Shown here piece by piece: positions 61,117 through 64,000 of a stretch of DNA of 64,000 nt (position 1 is its first letter; each line of letters starts with the position of its first letter). The position numbers were made by a program, and so were the translations under genes. Under the pieces are notes generated by a model. That model was not told the origin of the DNA, did no database searches, and saw only the letters and a list, made by a program, of their open reading frames with translations. The DNA comes from Eledone cirrhosa (Eukaryota). The DNA lies in the NCBI GenBank assembly GCA_964016885.1, contig OZ024756.1:41664001-41728000 (forward strand), written 5' to 3'.

Positions 61117-64000
61117 TATCTATCTATCTATCTAAGGCGGGTAAAATTCCCGAGATCCATGGACGAGTTCTCTCCAGCGGTCTCTGTCCCTCATTATCGC
61201 TGCCATATCCTGCATCTCCAACAGACCAGTGTCTGTCCTTAGGGCATCAACATATGTTAACCTTGGTCTTCCTCTTCTAGTGTGTCCATGTAGGGGCTCC
61301 CAAAGGAGCACTGAGTGCAATGTCAACTCTGGATGTCGGTGAGCATGTCCAGCCAACCTCAGTCTCCTCTGTGTCACTTTTGAGCTGACTTTTGGGATGC
61401 TCCCATACAGCTCTGAGTTTTTCATCCTCAGTGTAGACTGATTAATGTTCAGAGCCATCCTCAGCATTCTCGTGTAGCACCCATCCACCATCTGAGTGAG
61501 TTTCTTGGTCAGTGTCCAAGTCTCAGACCCATACAGCAGCACAGACTCCACTACAGCAATGAAGAGGCGGATTTTCAGGTCTCTACGAAGGTCAGACTTC
61601 CACACCGATCTCAAGCTGTGGCACGCCGCCCAGGCCTTGCTCTTCCTCTCAACCACATCATCCTCCGTATTCCCAATCTTTGCTCCCAAATACAGGAAGT
61701 CCTCAACCAATTCCAGCGGCTTCCCGCCTACATTAGTGATCCCCTCTGGCTTCTCAACATTCTCTACAAGATATTTTGTTTTAGTCTCATTCATTCTCAG
61801 CCCCACACTCATCGACACAGTCTCAACCTCCCGCATCAAATCCTCTGCCTCCTTCACTGTATTTGTCACCAAAACTATGTCGTCGGCAAATTCAGCATCC
61901 GATACCTTTTTCGCCCCAACTCTCCTGCTCTGAGCCGGTGCTACAGTAAAGCCAGAGTGCTGGTGTTTCTCCAGTGCAAGGCGCATACAATAGTCCACTA
62001 CGATGATAAAAAGGTAGGGAGCCAATGTATCTCCCTGGAGCACTCCAGCCAGTATCTCAAAGAACTCTGTCATCACATCAGGTGTAATGACTTGGGCTTT
62101 GGTGTTGGTGTAGAGCAGTGATATCAGGTCCACTATCCTCTTGGGGATTCCATAAGCCTGTAAGATCTTCATCAGGCAGTAACGGTCCACAGAATCAAAG
62201 GCCTTCCTAAAGTCAATGAAAACCATGACCGTAGGAAGGCACTTTGCTCTAGCTCCCTCTAATATCCTCCTCAGCATCAGGATGTGACTGGTGGTTGATC
62301 TACCCTCTCTGAAGCCGTTCTGGTTGTCCCTGAGCTTCTTCTCCATCTCAGGCTGGATCCTGTTAAGAATCATCCTGTTGAGGGTCTTTGCCACAAGTGA
62401 TGTCAGTGAGATCCCCCGGTAGTTGTTGGTGTTAGAGAGATCTCCCTTCTTTGGCACTGGGACGATGTTACTGATCCTCCACTGATTCGGGGCAACTCCT
62501 TTCTCCAGTGCCCCGTTACAGAACCCCAGGATGATATCATCAAAATCACACCTCTTCATCACCTTTGATGCCACTCCATCTTCTCCATGAGCCTTGCCCT
62601 CCTTGATCTTCTTCTTGGCTCTCTGAAGCTCCTCTCTGGTGAAGGGCTCTGTCTCAACATCCAGTTCCTCAAACAGCCGCCTGAACTCCCCAGTGCTCTG
62701 GGCTGTGGAGGGTGGCTCTCCTAGTAGGGTCCTAAAATGGTCTAGCCATTTCCTCTTCCTATCCTCGGGCCCCGTTCCCTGGATCTGACTCGAACACCTT
62801 TTCTTTCTCCCTGTGATCTCGTTGATGATCATCCAGCTCTCCTTACATCCAGATCTGTCAACCGCTCTCTCCACACTTCTGATCTTCTCTATCAGTGCCT
62901 CCTCTCTGACCTCAGTGTAAGCGGTACAGAGCTCTTCCCTCATCACCTCCACAGTCTCCATCCTCTCCTCCGTAGGATCAGCATAGAATTGGTCCCTGGC
63001 AGCTTTCAGATGTTCTCTGGCTGCACACACTTTTGGGTTTGCAGAGCTGACGTGCTTCCCTTTGTTCTTTTTCCTCGGCACCAGGGTTTCACTTGCTTTC
63101 GCCACTGCATTGGTGAAGTGCCCGTACCTCCTCGTCACACTCTCCTCAGTCCATCCAATCTCTCTCTCCTCTGACTCTCCACACAGAGCACTAAACCTGT
63201 TTCTCACTTCCACTGTGAACCTCTCCTGTAGCTTATCATCTTCCTTGAAAGCTCCCCAGTCATAGATTGTTCTCCGGGGCTGAGCCTTGCTCTTTCTTAA
63301 GCTCACGCGGACCTCACTCATAACAAGCCGGTGGTCACTACCCAGTGTACTGAAGTAGCTGTATGGTTCCGTGTTCAGAACACTATTCCGCCACTTTTTC
63401 CTCACCAGAATGAAATCAATCTGGGACTTGGACAGGTGCATATCTGAGATGTAGGTCCACATCTTCCCCAGATTCTTCCTAAACCTTAGGTTGGTCGCCA
63501 TCAAGTTCGCCTCCAGCAGGGTGTCTCTCAGTAGTCTTCCATTTCGGTTGGTGTTGTTATGGAAGTACCAGCAAAGATCTTCACTGCCCTCCTTACTCAG
63601 ATGTGCATTGAAGTCCCCCAAAACAAGCAGGATATTGTGTGCCTGAGTGGTGTTGACAGCTCTACACACCTCCTCATGGAACTCCTCCGCATTCACATCA
63701 CTGTCCCCCTCGGTTGGACTATAGGCTGAGATGACTGTCAGTCTTGGGTTTCCATTGAAGGTCACCCTCAACACTCGCGGGGAGATAGGCATTATTTCCC
63801 TCACCAACAGATTTGTTTTTGCACTGAACACAAAACCCACTCCTCCCACTGCAGCATTTGTTGTGTTCTTCACTGCCGATGTAGTGATGAGCTGGCTCTT
63901 CCTCCCGATCATCACACTCCTCACGGGCTCATCGTGTAGAATCCTGTGTTCTTGGATCGCAAGTATCTGTATACCACTCTCCTCGAACAGATGTCCCAAC
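61117..64000 (-). mobile_element. RTE-clade LINE with uninterrupted APE-endonuclease + reverse transcriptase ORF (5' end beyond window) and (TAGA)n tail
   Basis: 955-aa ORF. APE motifs (AIQE, AYSPT, GDFNAH, IDFIL, SDH); RT motifs (NYRGISL, FIDFRKAFDSV, GVLQGDTLAP, FADD); RTE-type C-terminus GH..R...RRGRP...DRDRWR. Confidence 0.95.
61132..63999 (-). CDS. RTE LINE endonuclease/reverse transcriptase (partial at 5')
   Basis: ORF track 61132..63999 with no stops. Confidence 0.93.
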   Translation of the reverse strand: MGHLFEESGIQILAIQEHRILHDEPVRSVMIGRKSQLITTSAVKNTTNAAVGGVGFVFSAKTNLLVREIMPISPRVLRVTFNGNPRLTVISAYSPTEGDSDVNAEEFHEEVCRAVNTTQAHNILLVLGDFNAHLSKEGSEDLCWYFHNNTNRNGRLLRDTLLEANLMATNLRFRKNLGKMWTYISDMHLSKSQIDFILVRKKWRNSVLNTEPYSYFSTLGSDHRLVMSEVRVSLRKSKAQPRRTIYDWGAFKEDDKLQERFTVEVRNRFSALCGESEEREIGWTEESVTRRYGHFTNAVAKASETLVPRKKNKGKHVSSANPKVCAAREHLKAARDQFYADPTEERMETVEVMREELCTAYTEVREEALIEKIRSVERAVDRSGCKESWMIINEITGRKKRCSSQIQGTGPEDRKRKWLDHFRTLLGEPPSTAQSTGEFRRLFEELDVETEPFTREELQRAKKKIKEGKAHGEDGVASKVMKRCDFDDIILGFCNGALEKGVAPNQWRISNIVPVPKKGDLSNTNNYRGISLTSLVAKTLNRMILNRIQPEMEKKLRDNQNGFREGRSTTSHILMLRRILEGARAKCLPTVMVFIDFRKAFDSVDRYCLMKILQAYGIPKRIVDLISLLYTNTKAQVITPDVMTEFFEILAGVLQGDTLAPYLFIIVVDYCMRLALEKHQHSGFTVAPAQSRRVGAKKVSDAEFADDIVLVTNTVKEAEDLMREVETVSMSVGLRMNETKTKYLVENVEKPEGITNVGGKPLELVEDFLYLGAKIGNTEDDVVERKSKAWAACHSLRSVWKSDLRRDLKIRLFIAVVESVLLYGSETWTLTKKLTQMVDGCYTRMLRMALNINQSTLRMKNSELYGSIPKVSSKVTQRRLRLAGHAHRHPELTLHSVLLWEPLHGHTRRGRPRLTYVDALRTDTGLLEMQDMAAIMRDRDRWRELVHGSREFYPP

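Overview
AT-rich, microsatellite-dense animal genomic DNA. The tRNA-derived CORE- and Nin/Deu-type SINEs suggest a coleoid cephalopod such as Octopus (inference). I reconstructed three spliced minus-strand genes by hand from GT-AG sites and intron phase. (1) The 5' part of secreted animal heme peroxidase A (ATG at 6558, running off the left edge), with a ~145-aa poly-alanine pro-region and a distal-pocket Gln->Val change. (2) A complete tandem paralog, peroxidase B (24664->11856; 14 coding exons, ~724 aa), with Asn/Gln at both heme-ester positions and a C-terminal TSP1-like module. (3) An SLC16/MCT-family MFS transporter (40433->29574; 8 coding exons, ~458 aa). Mobile DNA includes an uninterrupted RTE-clade LINE ORF at the right edge, Tx1/L1-like and R4/Dong-like LINE fragments, a decayed Penelope GIY-YIG fragment and many SINEs. 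Several short (TA)n-embedded fold-back elements carry minimal hammerhead ribozyme motifs (Penelope/retrozyme-like), some in sense orientation inside host introns. Most ORFs in the supplied track are microsatellite or tandem-repeat artefacts. There is no CRISPR array.
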